Below, piece after piece: positions 35,901 through 47,389 of a DNA stretch of 64,000 nt. This DNA is from Macrostomum lignano. Its lineage: Eukaryota. Within the stretch, counting starts at the first letter, position 1. Each line of letters begins with the position of its first letter. The stretch is from NCBI GenBank assembly GCA_002269645.1, contig NIVC01000659.1, forward strand, positions 186,001 through 250,000, written 5' to 3'. Under the pieces are notes generated by a model. It saw only the letters and a program-made list of their open reading frames with translations, was not told the DNA's origin and did no database searches. The position numbers and the translations under genes were made by a program.

Positions 35901-38900
35901 GATATTTCAGCATGACTCAATCAAGAACCTCAGCATGACTCAAACAGATATTTCAGCATGACTCAAACAGATATTTCAGCATGACTCAATCAAGAACCTC
36001 AGCATGACTCAAACAGATATTTCAGCATGACTCAAACAGGAACCTCAGCGTGACTCAAACAGATATTTCAGCATGACTCAAACAGATATTTCAGCATGAC
36101 TCAAACAGATATTTCAGCATGACTCAATCAAGAACCTCAGCATGACTCAAACAGATATTTCAGCATGACTCAATCAAGAACCTCAGCATGACTCAAACAG
36201 ATATTTCAGCATGACTCAAACAGGAACCTCAGCGTGACTCAAACAGATATTTCAGCGTGACTCAAACAGGTGTCTCAGCATTACTCAAACATGTATCTCA
36301 GCATGACCCTGATGCGCCTCCTCCCAGGTGTCCCACCTAGTTGACAAAGTGGTGTGCGCAGACGATCCAACCAGCCTGCCGAAGCCGGACCCGCACAACG
36401 CCCTGATGATCTGTGACGCTTTGAGCGTGCATCCAAAGGACACCGTGATGGTCGGGGACACGGCCACCGACATGCAGTTCGCTAAGCAGGCTGGTCTCGG
36501 CCTGGGGGTCGGCGTTCTGAGCGGCATTGGGAGGTGCGTTTTGTTGAATTCGGTAGTCCGTAAATTGGTCAGATCAATTTATAAAATTATTGATTGAGTA
36601 GTTGAGTATTAGATCATAGGATTGTCATTTGATGGTTAAATTAATTGGTCAGATCAATTTTTTATTGGTCAAACCAGTTTGTAAATTCGTTTGATTGATT
36701 CGTAAATTGGTGAAATAATTTTAGAAGTATATAAGATAATTTTTTAAATTGGTCAGGTTAATTTGCTAATTTGTCAGAGTAATTAAAAATGGTCTAAACC
36801 AGGGGTCGGCAACCTTTTTCCACTTGAGGGCCAGATGAGGTTTTCAGTTCAAGACCACGGGCCACAGGTCGTCCCCCGATTACTTCGCCCCCCCCCCCTG
36901 GGTCTTTCTTTACCCTCCAAAATCTGCCCTCTGGGTCTTTACCTCCAAAATCTGCCCTCTGGGTCTTTACCTCCAAAATCTGCCCCATGGGTCCTTACCC
37001 TCCAGAATCCGCCCCATGGGTCTTTACCCTCCAGAATCCGCCCCGTCGGTCTTTACATTCCAGAATCCGCCCTCTGGGTCTTTACCCTCCAAAATCTGCC
37101 CCGCTGGGCCTTTACCCCCCCCCATACCATATTCGAAAGTTTGAACTGATGTGCTGTCTGTCTAGAGTTTGTAAACAGCCACTTACACGATCAGTTTGGG
37201 TCTCATTGTTAACTAATTTGTTATTAAAGTTGGCAATTGAGGAAAGAAATTTCCCATTATTAGTGCACAAAACTTTTGTAGGAGAAACAATGAAGTTACA
37301 ATAAAGGTGCGGGCCGGATTGTAATAATTAAGATTAAGGAAGTTCGCGGGCCGCATAGAAAGTCTTTGCGGGCCGGATCTGGCCCGCGGGCCGGAGGTTG
37401 CCGACCCCTAGTCTAAACAGTTCATAAGTTTGGTAGCGTAATTTGATAGCAACACATAAGTTGATCAAATAAATTTACAAATTGTTCAAATCAATGTGCT
37501 GGTTTTTTAAACCAATTTACAGATTAGTCAAGCCAATTTGCAGATTAGTCAAACCAATTTGCAGTTTAGTCAAACCAATTTGCAGATTAGTCAAACCAAT
37601 TTGCAGTTTATTCAAACCAATTTGCAGATTAGTCAAACCAATTTTTGCAGATTTGTCAATCCAATTTGCAGATTAGTCAATCCAATTTGCAGATTAGTCA
37701 ATCCAATTTGCAGATTAGTCAATCCAATTTGCAGATTAGTCAATCCAATTTGCAGATTAGTCAATCCAATTTGCAGATTAGTCAATCCAATTTGCAGATT
37801 AGTCAATCCAATTTGCAGATTAGTCAATCCAATTTGCAGATTAGTCAAACCAATTTGCAGATTAGTCAAACCAATTTGCAGATTAGTCAAACCAATTTGC
37901 AGATTAGTCAATCCAATTTGTAGATTAGTCAAACCAATTTGCAGTTTAGTCAAACCAATTTGCAGTTTATTCAAACCAATTTGCAGTTTATTCAAACCAA
38001 TTTGCAGTTTAGTCAAACCAATTTGCAGTTTATTCAAACCAATTTGCAGATTAGTCAAACCAATTTGCAGTTTATTCAAACCAATTTGCAGATTAGTCAA
38101 TCCAATTTTCAGATTGGTCAAATCGATTTGCACATTGTTTATAATAAATTTAAAATGAACTATTTATTTTCGCTCTGTATTCTAGGAAAGCCGACTTGGA
38201 AGCTGCAGGCGCCAGCACAGTAGTAAACACTGTGGGCGATGTGCTGCCAAATTTCTTCCCAGACCAGCCGATCAGCTTGACGGAGTCTGCGCGCCTCATC
38301 GCCGAGCGCGACTGGCGGCTGATCATCTGCGACAAGGACGGCAGTCTGGCCGACGTGCGCACCCGCTGGTCGGAATGGGCGCTGCGGGTTGGCAACCGCC
38401 TGGCCGAAGCTACCTCCGAATCGGTGGCCGAAAATTTCTACGATCTCATCGGATTCGACCCGGACACTGGCCGGATTCTGGGCGGTCCGTTGGCCGAGAG
38501 TCCGCTGTCCGATTTGCGCGATATGCTTGAGAGTCTGCTGCTGTTGAAGTGGCGGGTGGACGACAAGCAGCTGAGGGGAATTCTGGACCAGGTGAAATTC
38601 CATTGTCTACCTGGTTACCTTGAATTATAATGAGAAAGTCAATCATTTCTGCTCCATGGTAAAATTTGCGATTCTCTTCAGTCAAGTTCGGGATTTCCCT
38701 TAACCACTGTAATCTCGGATTTCTCTCACGTGAGTGCGGGATTCCCTTCGTTCCAATTGGGATTCCCCCCAATCCAACTCGGGATTCCCCTCCATCTGAT
38801 CGCGATTCCCCTCAATCCAACTCGGGATTCCCTTCATCCCAACTCGGGATTCCCTTCATTCCAACTCGGGATTCCCCTCAATCCAACTCGGGATTCCCCT

Positions 38901-41900
38901 CAATCCAACTCGGGATTCCCCTCAATCCAACTCGGGATTCCCTTCAACCCAACTCGGGATTCCCTTCAATCCAATTCGGTATCGGGATTCCCCTTCATCC
39001 GATGGCGATTCCCCTCAATCTAACTCAGGATTCCCTTCAATCCAACTCGGAATTCCCTCAATTCAACTCGGGATTCCCCTCAATCCAATCGGAAATTTCC
39101 CTTCAATATAACTCGGGATTTCCCGAAATCCAACTTAGGATTCCCTTCAATCCAACTCGAGATTCCCATCAATCTAACTTGGGATTTCCCGAAATCCAAC
39201 TCGGGATTTCCCTCAATCTAACTCAGCTGATTTTTCTCAATCCAACTCGGGATTCCCCTCAATCTAACTCAGCTGATTCCCCTCAATCCAACTCGGGATT
39301 CCCTTCCGTCCAACTCGTGATTCCCCAACTCAGGATTCCCCTCAATCAAGCTGGCTACTCCGCCCCCCTCTGCAACCAATCCAAGGTGTGGGACGACGGC
39401 AGCTCGGCCAGCAACCGCGCCGCCGACTCGCTGGCCGCCGATGGTATCCCGGAGGCTTTGGCCGACCTTCGCTCGCTCGGCTGCCGCGTCGCCGTGGTGA
39501 CGTCGGACTCCCGAGCCAGCCTGAACCAGTTCCTCACCGACTTCAGCCTGGCCAGCCTGGTGGATTACAGCCTGACCCCGGCCGAGCACCAGCCCTGGAG
39601 CGGCGCCTGCAAGTCACAGCCGCTGCTGGCCGCCTGTCGCCTCGCCGGCGTCTCCCCAGCCGACGCCGTCGTTGTTGGCGACACTCGCGCCGATTTGTCC
39701 GGCGGCCGGCGCGCCCGTCTCGGCGCCACCGTCGGCGTCCTGAGCGGCATGTCGGGACCGGAGGCGCTGATGCCGCACGCCGATTTGCTGGTGCCGAACC
39801 TGCCAGGCTTGACCGGCCTGCTCAAGCGGCGGCCTGCAGCTGAGCTCGGCCGGAGGTCCTACTCCACCTCCGCGGCGTCTGCCGAATACGATTACGTCAT
39901 CGTTGGGGCGGGCAGCGCCGGCTGCGTGTTGGCTAACCGATTGACCGAAGATTCCAATGTTCGCGTGCTGCTGGTGAGTAGCCTGTCTGGGTTATTGTTA
40001 GATCCTGGATGGGTTTGAACCTCAGCTGAACTTCAGGATCCTGAATGGGTTTGAACCTCAGCTGAACTTCAGGATCCTGAATGGGTTTGAACCTCAGCTG
40101 AACTTCAGGATCCTGGATGGGTTTGAACCTCAGCTGAACTTCAGAATCCTGGATGGGTTTAAACCTCAGCTGAACTTCAGAATCCTGGATGGGTTTGAAC
40201 CTCAGCTGAACTTCAGGATCCTGGATGGGTTTGAAACTCTGGTGAACTTCAGGATCCTGAATGAATTTGAGCTTCAGGTTTTAGGATTCTGAATGAGTTT
40301 GAGCTTCAGGTAGACTTCAGGATTCTGAATGGATTTGAGCTTTAGGTAAACTTCAGGATCCTGAATGAATTTGAGCTTCAGGTAAACTTCAGGATCCTGA
40401 ATGAATTTGAGCTTCAGGTAAACTTCAGAATCCTGAATGAATTTGAGCTTCAGATAAACTTCAGAATCCTGAATAAATTTGAGCTTCAGGTAAACTTCAG
40501 GATTCTGAATGAATTTGAGCTTCAGGTGAACTTCAGGATTCTGAATGAGTTTGAGCTTCAGGTGAACTTCAGGATCCTGATGAATTCGAGCTTCAGGTAA
40601 ACTTCAGAATCCTGATTGAGATTCAGCTTAATCTAAACTTCATGATTCTGAATGAGTTCGAGCTTGAGCTAAATTTTTGTATCTTTAATACCCAGAGTAA
40701 AAATGAATATTCTTCCAGATCGAAGCCGGCCCCACCGACCGTCGCAACCTGTTCATCCACATGCCCGCCGCTCTCATGTACAACCTGTGCCACGACAAGT
40801 ACAACTGGTACTATCACACTCTGCCGCAGAAGCACATGGACTCCAGGGTGATGTACTGGCCGAGAGGTCGCGTCCTTGGTGGCAGCAGTTCGCTAAACGC
40901 TATGGTTTACGTTCGGGGTCATGCATTTGACTATGACAGGTAAATATAGGGGCAATTCATGTGTCTCACTCCTGGTATAATTTTTAACGCTCTTGCGATA
41001 TCGAGAGCTGATTCAGAATATCCCATTTATCAATTATGAATCTTGTGTATATATGAGGTGGGTTGCGCGGGACTGTAGAGACAAGACGTCACGAGTCTGG
41101 GATGCACGGGTCATAAGCTTTCTGTTAAGGGTCATAGGCTGTATCAGGGGGTCCGTTATGAAGGGGTCATATGCCTTTTGTTAAGGGGTCATAAGCATTT
41201 TGTTAAGGGGTCATAGGCCTTTTTCAGGGTCATAGACCTTGTTTTAAGGGGTCATAGGCCCGGAAGCACAAGTCATAAGCCCTGTACCAAGAGATCATGG
41301 GCCTCGGAGCAAGGGGTCATAATCTTCGTGTCAAGAAGTCAATCTTTGTGTCAAGGAGTCTTAATCTTCGTGTCAAGAAGTCAATCTTTGTGTCAAGGAG
41401 TCTTAATCTTCGTGTCAAGGAGTCAATCTTGGTGTCAAGGGGTCATAGCCTGGTGTTAAGGGGTCATAGCCTGGTGTCAAGGGGTCATAGCCTGGTGTTA
41501 AGGGGTCATAGCCTGGTGTCAAGGGGTCATAGCCTGGTGTTAAGGGGTCATAGCCTGGTGTCAAGGGGTCATAGCCTGGTGTTAAGGGGTCATAGCCTGG
41601 TGTTAAGGGGTCATAGCCTGGTGTCAAGGGGTCATAGCCTGGTGTTAAGGGGTCATAGCCTGGTGTTAAGGGGTCATAGCCTGGTGTTAAGGGGTCATGT
41701 TTGTAGCAGAGGGGTCACAGAGTCAGCAATCTCGGCAGCTGATTGTCACCCCTCGGCCACCCCCAGGTGGGCCAAAGAAGGCGCCGCAGGCTGGTCCTAC
41801 GCGGACTGTCTGCCCTACTTTCGCAAAGGTCAGCATCACGACGACCTGCCGGCTGACGATTACGTCGGCGGCGACGGGCCGCTGCACGTGTCGCGAGGTC

Positions 41901-44900
41901 GCACGGCGCATCCGCTGCACAGCGCCTGGCTGGCAGCCGGTCAGGAGGCCGGATATCCGCTTAGCGACAACTTGTACGGCTATCAGCAGGAGGGAGTTGG
42001 CTGGCTAGACATGACCGTGCACAATGGCAGGCGGTGGTCAACCGCTACAGCTTATCTTTGGCCGGCTGCCAAGAGGCCAAACTTGACTGTGGTTACCGAC
42101 AAGCTGGTGACGAGGTAAATTGTTGGATGAGTTGACTGCAAAAGTTTTGTTTGTTTGGGGTTGTTTTTGGGATGACTGCTCAAGTTGGAGATGTTTTTGG
42201 GATGACTGCTCAAGTTGGAGATGTTTTTGGGATGACTGCTCAAGTTGGAGATGTTTTTGGGATGACTCTCAAGTTTGAGATGTTTTTGGGATGACTGCTC
42301 AAGTTTGAGATGTTTTTGGGATGACTGCTCAAGTTTGAGATGTTTTTGGGATTACTGCTCAAGTTTGAGATGTTTTTGGGATGACTGCTCAAGTTGGGTA
42401 TGTTTTTGGGATGACTGCTCAAGTTTGAGATGTTTTTGGGATGACTGCTCAAGTTTAGGATGTTTTTGGGATGACTTCTCAAGTTGGGGATGTTTTCGGG
42501 ATGACTGCTCAAGTTGGGGATGTTTTTGGGATGGCTGCTCTAGTTTGGGATGACTGCTCAAGTTGGGGATGTTTTTGGGATGGCTGCTCTAGTTTGGGAT
42601 GACTGCTCAAGTTGGGGATGTTTTTGGGATGACTTCTCAAGTTGGGGATGTTTTCGGGATGACTGCTCAAGTTAAGGATGTTTTTGGATGACTGCTCAAG
42701 TTGGGGATGTTTTTGGGATAACTGCTCAAGTTTGGGATGTTTTTGGGATGACTGCTCAAGTTGGGGGTGTTTTTGGGATGACTGCTCAAGTTGGGGATTT
42801 TTTGGGATGACTGCTCAAGTTGGGGATATTTTTGGGATAACTGCTCAAGTTGGGGATGTTTTTGGGATGACTGCTCAGGATAACTGCTTGAAGTTCAAGG
42901 ATCAGAGTGATTTAAATCCTTGCTTGTGCTTGGGATTAGAGTGGTTGGGATTCAGATCACTGGCAGCCTGAGCAGTGCAAGCCCCACCCTCTCCCCTCCC
43001 CAGCCTGGTGTTCGACGGTCTCCGTGCTACCGGCCTGCAGATGCAGGGCAGGCGTGGCGGCGGCGGCGACAGCCAGACGGTCCGCGCCAATCGCGAGGTC
43101 ATTCTCAGCGGCGGCGCCATCAACTCGCCCCAGCTGCTCATGCTGTCCGGCATTGGGGACGCTGACCAGCTGCGCAATCTGGGCATCCCGCTGGTGCACC
43201 ACCTGCCCGGAGTTGGTGCCAACCTCCAGGTGAGAGCCCATAGCACACACTACCCCCGTAGCACCCACCACCCCATAGCACCCACCACCCCATAGCACCC
43301 AGCACCCAATAGCACCCAACACCCCACAGCACCCACCAACCCGTACCACCCACCATCCCACAGCACCCACCACCCCACAGCACCTACCACCCCACAGCAC
43401 CCACCACCCCACAGCACCTAACACCCCACAGCACCCACCACCCCACAGCACCCAGCACCCCATAGCACCCAGCACTCCACAGAACCTACCACCCCACAGC
43501 ACCCACCACCCCACAGCACCCACCACCCCATAGCACCCACCACCCAATAGCACCTACCACCCCACAGCACCTACCACCCCACAGCACCCACCACCCCACA
43601 GCACCCACCACCCCACAGAACCTACCACCCCACAGAACCTACCACCCCACAGCACCCACCACCCCACAGCACCTACCACCCCATAGCACCCACCATCCTA
43701 CAGCACCCAACACCCCACAGCACCCACCAAACCCGTACCACCCACCACCCCACAGCACCCACCAACCCGTACTACCCACCACCCTATAGCACCCACCACC
43801 CCATAGCACCCACCACCCCACAGCACCCACCAACCCGTACCACCCACCACCCTATAGCACCCACCACCCCATTGCACCCACCACCCCACAGCACCCACCA
43901 CCACAAACGTATCTCACTGTCTACCTCACCGCTCCCACCGCCGTCAGGACCACCTGGAGCTCTACGTGCAGCAGCGGTGTACTCAGCCAATCACACTGTA
44001 CAGCGCCCAGTGGAAATTCCCCTGGAACATGGTGGGCATCGGACTGCGCTGGCTGACCACCCAGACAGGCTGGGGCGCCACGTCTCACCTAGAGACTGGC
44101 GGCTTCATCCGCACGGAGGCTGGCGTGCCTCATCCGGACGTGCAGTTTCACTTCCTGCCGTCTGTGGTCACGGATCACGGTCGAAAGTCGGGCAATTGTC
44201 ACGCGTTTCAGGTAGGCATTGTTCATTAGGTGCTGGAATTATTGATTTTTTCTAATATTTCGCATTGTTTTTCACTCCACTTAATCCGCTTCACAAATAT
44301 TATAATCCTACAATCTCCCAATGATCCAGTCCTAATCCGCTTCCCAATGATCTTCCCATAATTTACTTTTAATAATCCACTGACGATGATCCACCTCCGA
44401 TAATCTACTCAATTATTACTTCTGATGATCTACTTCCAACAATCTACTTCCGATAATAAATTTCTGATAATCCGCCTCCGATAATCCACTTTCCACAACT
44501 CACCTCCGATAATCCACTTCCCATAACCGAGCTCTGATAATCCACTTCCAACAACCCACCTCTGATAATCCACTTCCCACAACCCACCTCTGATAATCCA
44601 CTTCCGATAGTCTACCTCCGGTAATCCATTTTCAAGAAATATTTCATCTTCGATAATTCATCTCTAATAATATCCTCCCGATAATCTACTCCCGATGATC
44701 CAATTCCAAAAATCTACTTTCGATAATCCATTACAGATAATACACTTCTACATTCCACTTCCGATAATTCATCTCTGATATTCTGATAATCTATTTCAAC
44801 TGGATAAATCATTTCGACAATTAAATTCCGATAATCCACTCCCTATTATTAACCTCCAATTAATATTACTAGATGAAACTATAGTCAGAGTTTATCCCAG

Positions 44901-45989
44901 ACCGTTTATAATCATATCCAAACGAATCCCCCAGGTGCACGTGGGCCCCATGCGGCCGGAGAGCCGCGGCACGCTTCGGCTTGCCTCGGCGGACCCGCGC
45001 CAGGTGCCCCTGCTGGATCCAAACTACATGGCCACCGAGCGGGACAGGTGGGAAATGCGGCAGTGCATCCGGCTGGCTAGGGAGATTTTCGCCCAGCCCG
45101 CGTTCGACCAGTACAGAGGTGAGATAATAGTAGATCCCCATAGCAACTGTCATTCCTATACTAACCGCATCTATTGCCAAATAAAAAACCATTACAATAG
45201 CAACGATTTGGCTCCATAGCAGCGGTTAGGCCCCCCATAGCAACGGTTAGGCTCCCTCCATAGCAACGATTTGCCTCCCCATAGCAACAATTCGCCCCCA
45301 TAGCAACGATTTGCCCCCATAGCAACGATTAGCCTCCATAGCAGCGATTAGCCCTCATAGCAACGGTTAGGCCCCCATAGCAACGGTTAGGCCCCCATAG
45401 CAATGGTTAGGCCCCCATAGCAACGGTTAGGCCCCATAGCAACAATTTGCCCCCATATCAACGGTTAATATGGCCCCCATATCAAGGGGGCCTAATAGCA
45501 ACGTTTAGTCCGCCATAGCAAGGGTTAGAACTAATAGCAATCATTAGCCCTCTTAGCAACGATTAGCCTCCCTAGCAACGATTGATCCCCATGGTAACAA
45601 CCATTCGATCTCCAGGCTCCGAGCTGCAGCCGGGCTCCGAGGCCCGCACCGACGCCCAGCTGGACGCATTCGTCCGGGCCGCCTCCGACTCGGCCTACCA
45701 CCCGTCCTGCACCTGCCGCATGGGCCCGGCCGCCGACCCCACGTCCGTGCTGGACGAGAACCTCCGGGTTCGTGGACTCGACGGCTTGCGCGTCGTCGAC
45801 GCCTCGGCGATGCCCTCGATTGTGTCCGGCAATTTGAACGGGCCAACCATCATGCTGGCCGAGAAGGCCGCCGACATCATCAGGGGCCGCCAGCCGCTGC
45901 CACCAGCCACCGAGGTCCCCGTGTGGCAGCCGGCCCGGCCGGAAAGGCAGCGAGACGGGGAGCCGGTCAGGCGATTGGAGCAGGTTTAA
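32941..45989 (+). CDS. CHDH: Mitochondrial fusion protein: presequence, two HAD-like phosphatase domains and choline dehydrogenase (GMC oxidoreductase); exons 32941-33249, 34062-34367, 36328-36533, 38186-38591, 39386-39973, 40719-40939, 41767-42114, 43004-43229, 43948-44211, 44935-45118, 45616-45989 (1143 aa)
   Basis: HAD1 FDKDGTL/CTS/PKP/GDTATD; HAD2 CDKDGSL/VTS/CKS/GDTRAD; [71 protein letters not shown]; the HAD2 end and CHDH start lie in one exon (39386-39973); all phases consistent. Confidence 0.92.
33265..34027. repeat. 23-bp minisatellite (GTGCCAGTTGCAGGTGAGGGAGA)n in intron 1
   Basis: About 33 units, each containing CAG|GTGAG. Confidence 0.94.
34380..35315. repeat. 25-bp G-rich minisatellite (GTGATGGTGTCTCAGGGTAGGGCAG)n split by a MITE
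   Basis: Units resume after the insertion at 35263. Confidence 0.88.
34686..35262. mobile_element. hAT-type MITE (577 bp), TIR CAGTGGTGTGATT, subterminal GGCGCGAAA repeats
   Basis: 13-bp perfect TIR; 8-bp TSD GTGATGGT. Confidence 0.88.
35335..36305. repeat. 23-bp minisatellite (TCAGCATGACTCAAACAGATATT / TCAGCATGACTCAATCAAGAACC)n containing TGACTCA
   Basis: About 40 units, two interspersed variants. Confidence 0.95.
36800..37410. mobile_element. hAT (Charlie-like) MITE (611 bp) containing an internal minisatellite of about 28 bp
   Basis: TIR CAGGGGTCGGCAACCT / AGGTTGCCGACCCCTA; 8-bp TSD GTCTAAAC. Confidence 0.9.
37510..38110. repeat. 21-bp minisatellite (CAATTTGCAGATTAGTCAAAC)n
   Basis: Tandem units in intron 3. 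Confidence 0.94.
38735..39345. repeat. 22-bp minisatellite (CCCCTCAATCCAACTCGGGATT)n
   Basis: Tandem units in intron 4. Confidence 0.9.
39995..40660. repeat. 36-bp minisatellite with two variant blocks (GGATCCTGAATGGGTTTGAACCTCAGCTGAACTTCA to GGATCCTGAATGAATTTGAGCTTCAGGTAAACTTCA)
   Basis: Tandem units in intron 5. Confidence 0.92.
41110..41700. repeat. 21-bp minisatellite (GGGGTCATAGCCTGGTGTCAA)n with degenerate 5' part
   Basis: Tandem units in intron 6. Confidence 0.9.
42155..42880. repeat. 30-bp minisatellite (TGTTTTTGGGATGACTGCTCAAGTTGGAGA)n
   Basis: Tandem units in intron 7. Confidence 0.93.
43240..43900. repeat. About 17-bp C-rich minisatellite (CACCCACCACCCCACAG)n
   Basis: Tandem units in intron 8. 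Confidence 0.92.
44330..44850. repeat. Degenerate CCGATAATCCACTT repeat in intron 9
   Basis: Eroded tandem units. Confidence 0.7.
45215..45575. repeat. About 20-bp minisatellite (CCCCCATAGCAACGGTTAGG)n in intron 10
   Basis: Tandem units. Confidence 0.88.
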
Positions 45990-47031
45990 GGAGGCTTGAA
46001 CTGCGGTTGCTATGCGGTAACTATGCGGTTGCTATGCGGTAACTATGCGGTTGCTACGGCCTCGTTTTCCGTTTTTTTACTATCTAGTTTCCATGGTTGC
46101 AACTATTTAGTTGCTATGGACGCAATGTGGTTACTATGGACTCTTTGACCGTTTAACTTGCCATAGTAACAGCATCACGATTGGTTGCTAGGGCCTATTT
46201 TTACTGTCCCATATGTAAACCACTTAAATTTATAGTTTATCTGGTTACCATAGTTACGACTCTATCAGTGGTTGCTAAGGCCTATTTTCATAGAGATTCG
46301 GGCTTGTTCTGAACATTTCTGGCTAATTTTGCATCCCATCTGTTACCATAGAAACCAAAGTTCTATTGTGAATTGAAACGCCTTCTTTCTAGTTGTCATT
46401 AAATTATAGTAACTAGACTCAGTCTCGCTGCTCCATCATTTTGATTCTATCACTTTCCTACCTACCAACTTTACCAATATGCTTTAACCGGTCTTTTTTG
46501 TTGATTGCCTGTGTAAAATTCTGATTTCTTTTTTATAGATGGTAGCTTAGTGAGTTATATAGTTCTATAGATAATAATTTCAATTCTAGCTCATAAAATA
46601 CTATCAGGCATTGTGTGCGCATTTTGTTTAACTGATCTGTTAGCAATTATATTTTTTTGCATTACTCTGTGTTAATCCAGAGGTGATTGTAGATGGTTTC
46701 ATCTCATGCTTGATCGAAATCTGCCACACCAAAAAGTTTATAAATGAAGTTATTTCCGTCTAGCAGCGGAGCTTGTGATTTTCTGCTCTTTGCTGCTTCA
46801 GGCCAAAAAAGTTGGGAATCAATACAAAACTACTGCTTTTAATTTTATAAATTTAAACAAATGTTGCACATTAATAACGCAAATTTGCTGACGTGAATGC
46901 CGAAATTTGTTATGAATTTGCCTATAGACTTGTCCATTATTTCTTGTAGGCTGCCGGAGTCTTCAGCGATTTAAAAAAAAAATTAATAAAAAAATTAATT
47001 AATTAATGAGGAAATTAATGTAGGTGAGCAC

Positions 47032-47389
47032 GGGGGCCGTAGCCCAGCGGTAGCGCAGCTGCTCTGGTGAGCCAGCGACCCAGGCTCGATTCCAAGTGCA
47101 GTCACATTAATTTGGGGCTGAATTGGAATTTCGGCTTGGCTCTGCTCGTGCAATTAACGGCCTTGAGAGCCAACCCCCCAAGGCGCAGTAAAGTGTACAT
47201 GCCTAACGATAATATGAAGTTAGGGCCGCTGTACACTCCTGTGTGAGTGTGTGCCTGCGTACGTATCCGCGCGCTTGTGTGCCTGCTCAGTGGAGTCGGC
47301 GGAATGGGCAGCAATGCCTCTCGCCGGTTGTGTGCCCATGTCGCTTAAAGTGCGCCAGGGTGCACACAACCCCCTGCCTCTAATAAAAA
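47032..47389 (+). mobile_element. tRNA-derived SINE, copy 2, followed by (GACA)n microsatellite
   Basis: Near-identical to 19461-19824; 14-bp TSD AATGTAGGTGAGCA at 47017-47030 and 47390-47403. Confidence 0.9.
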
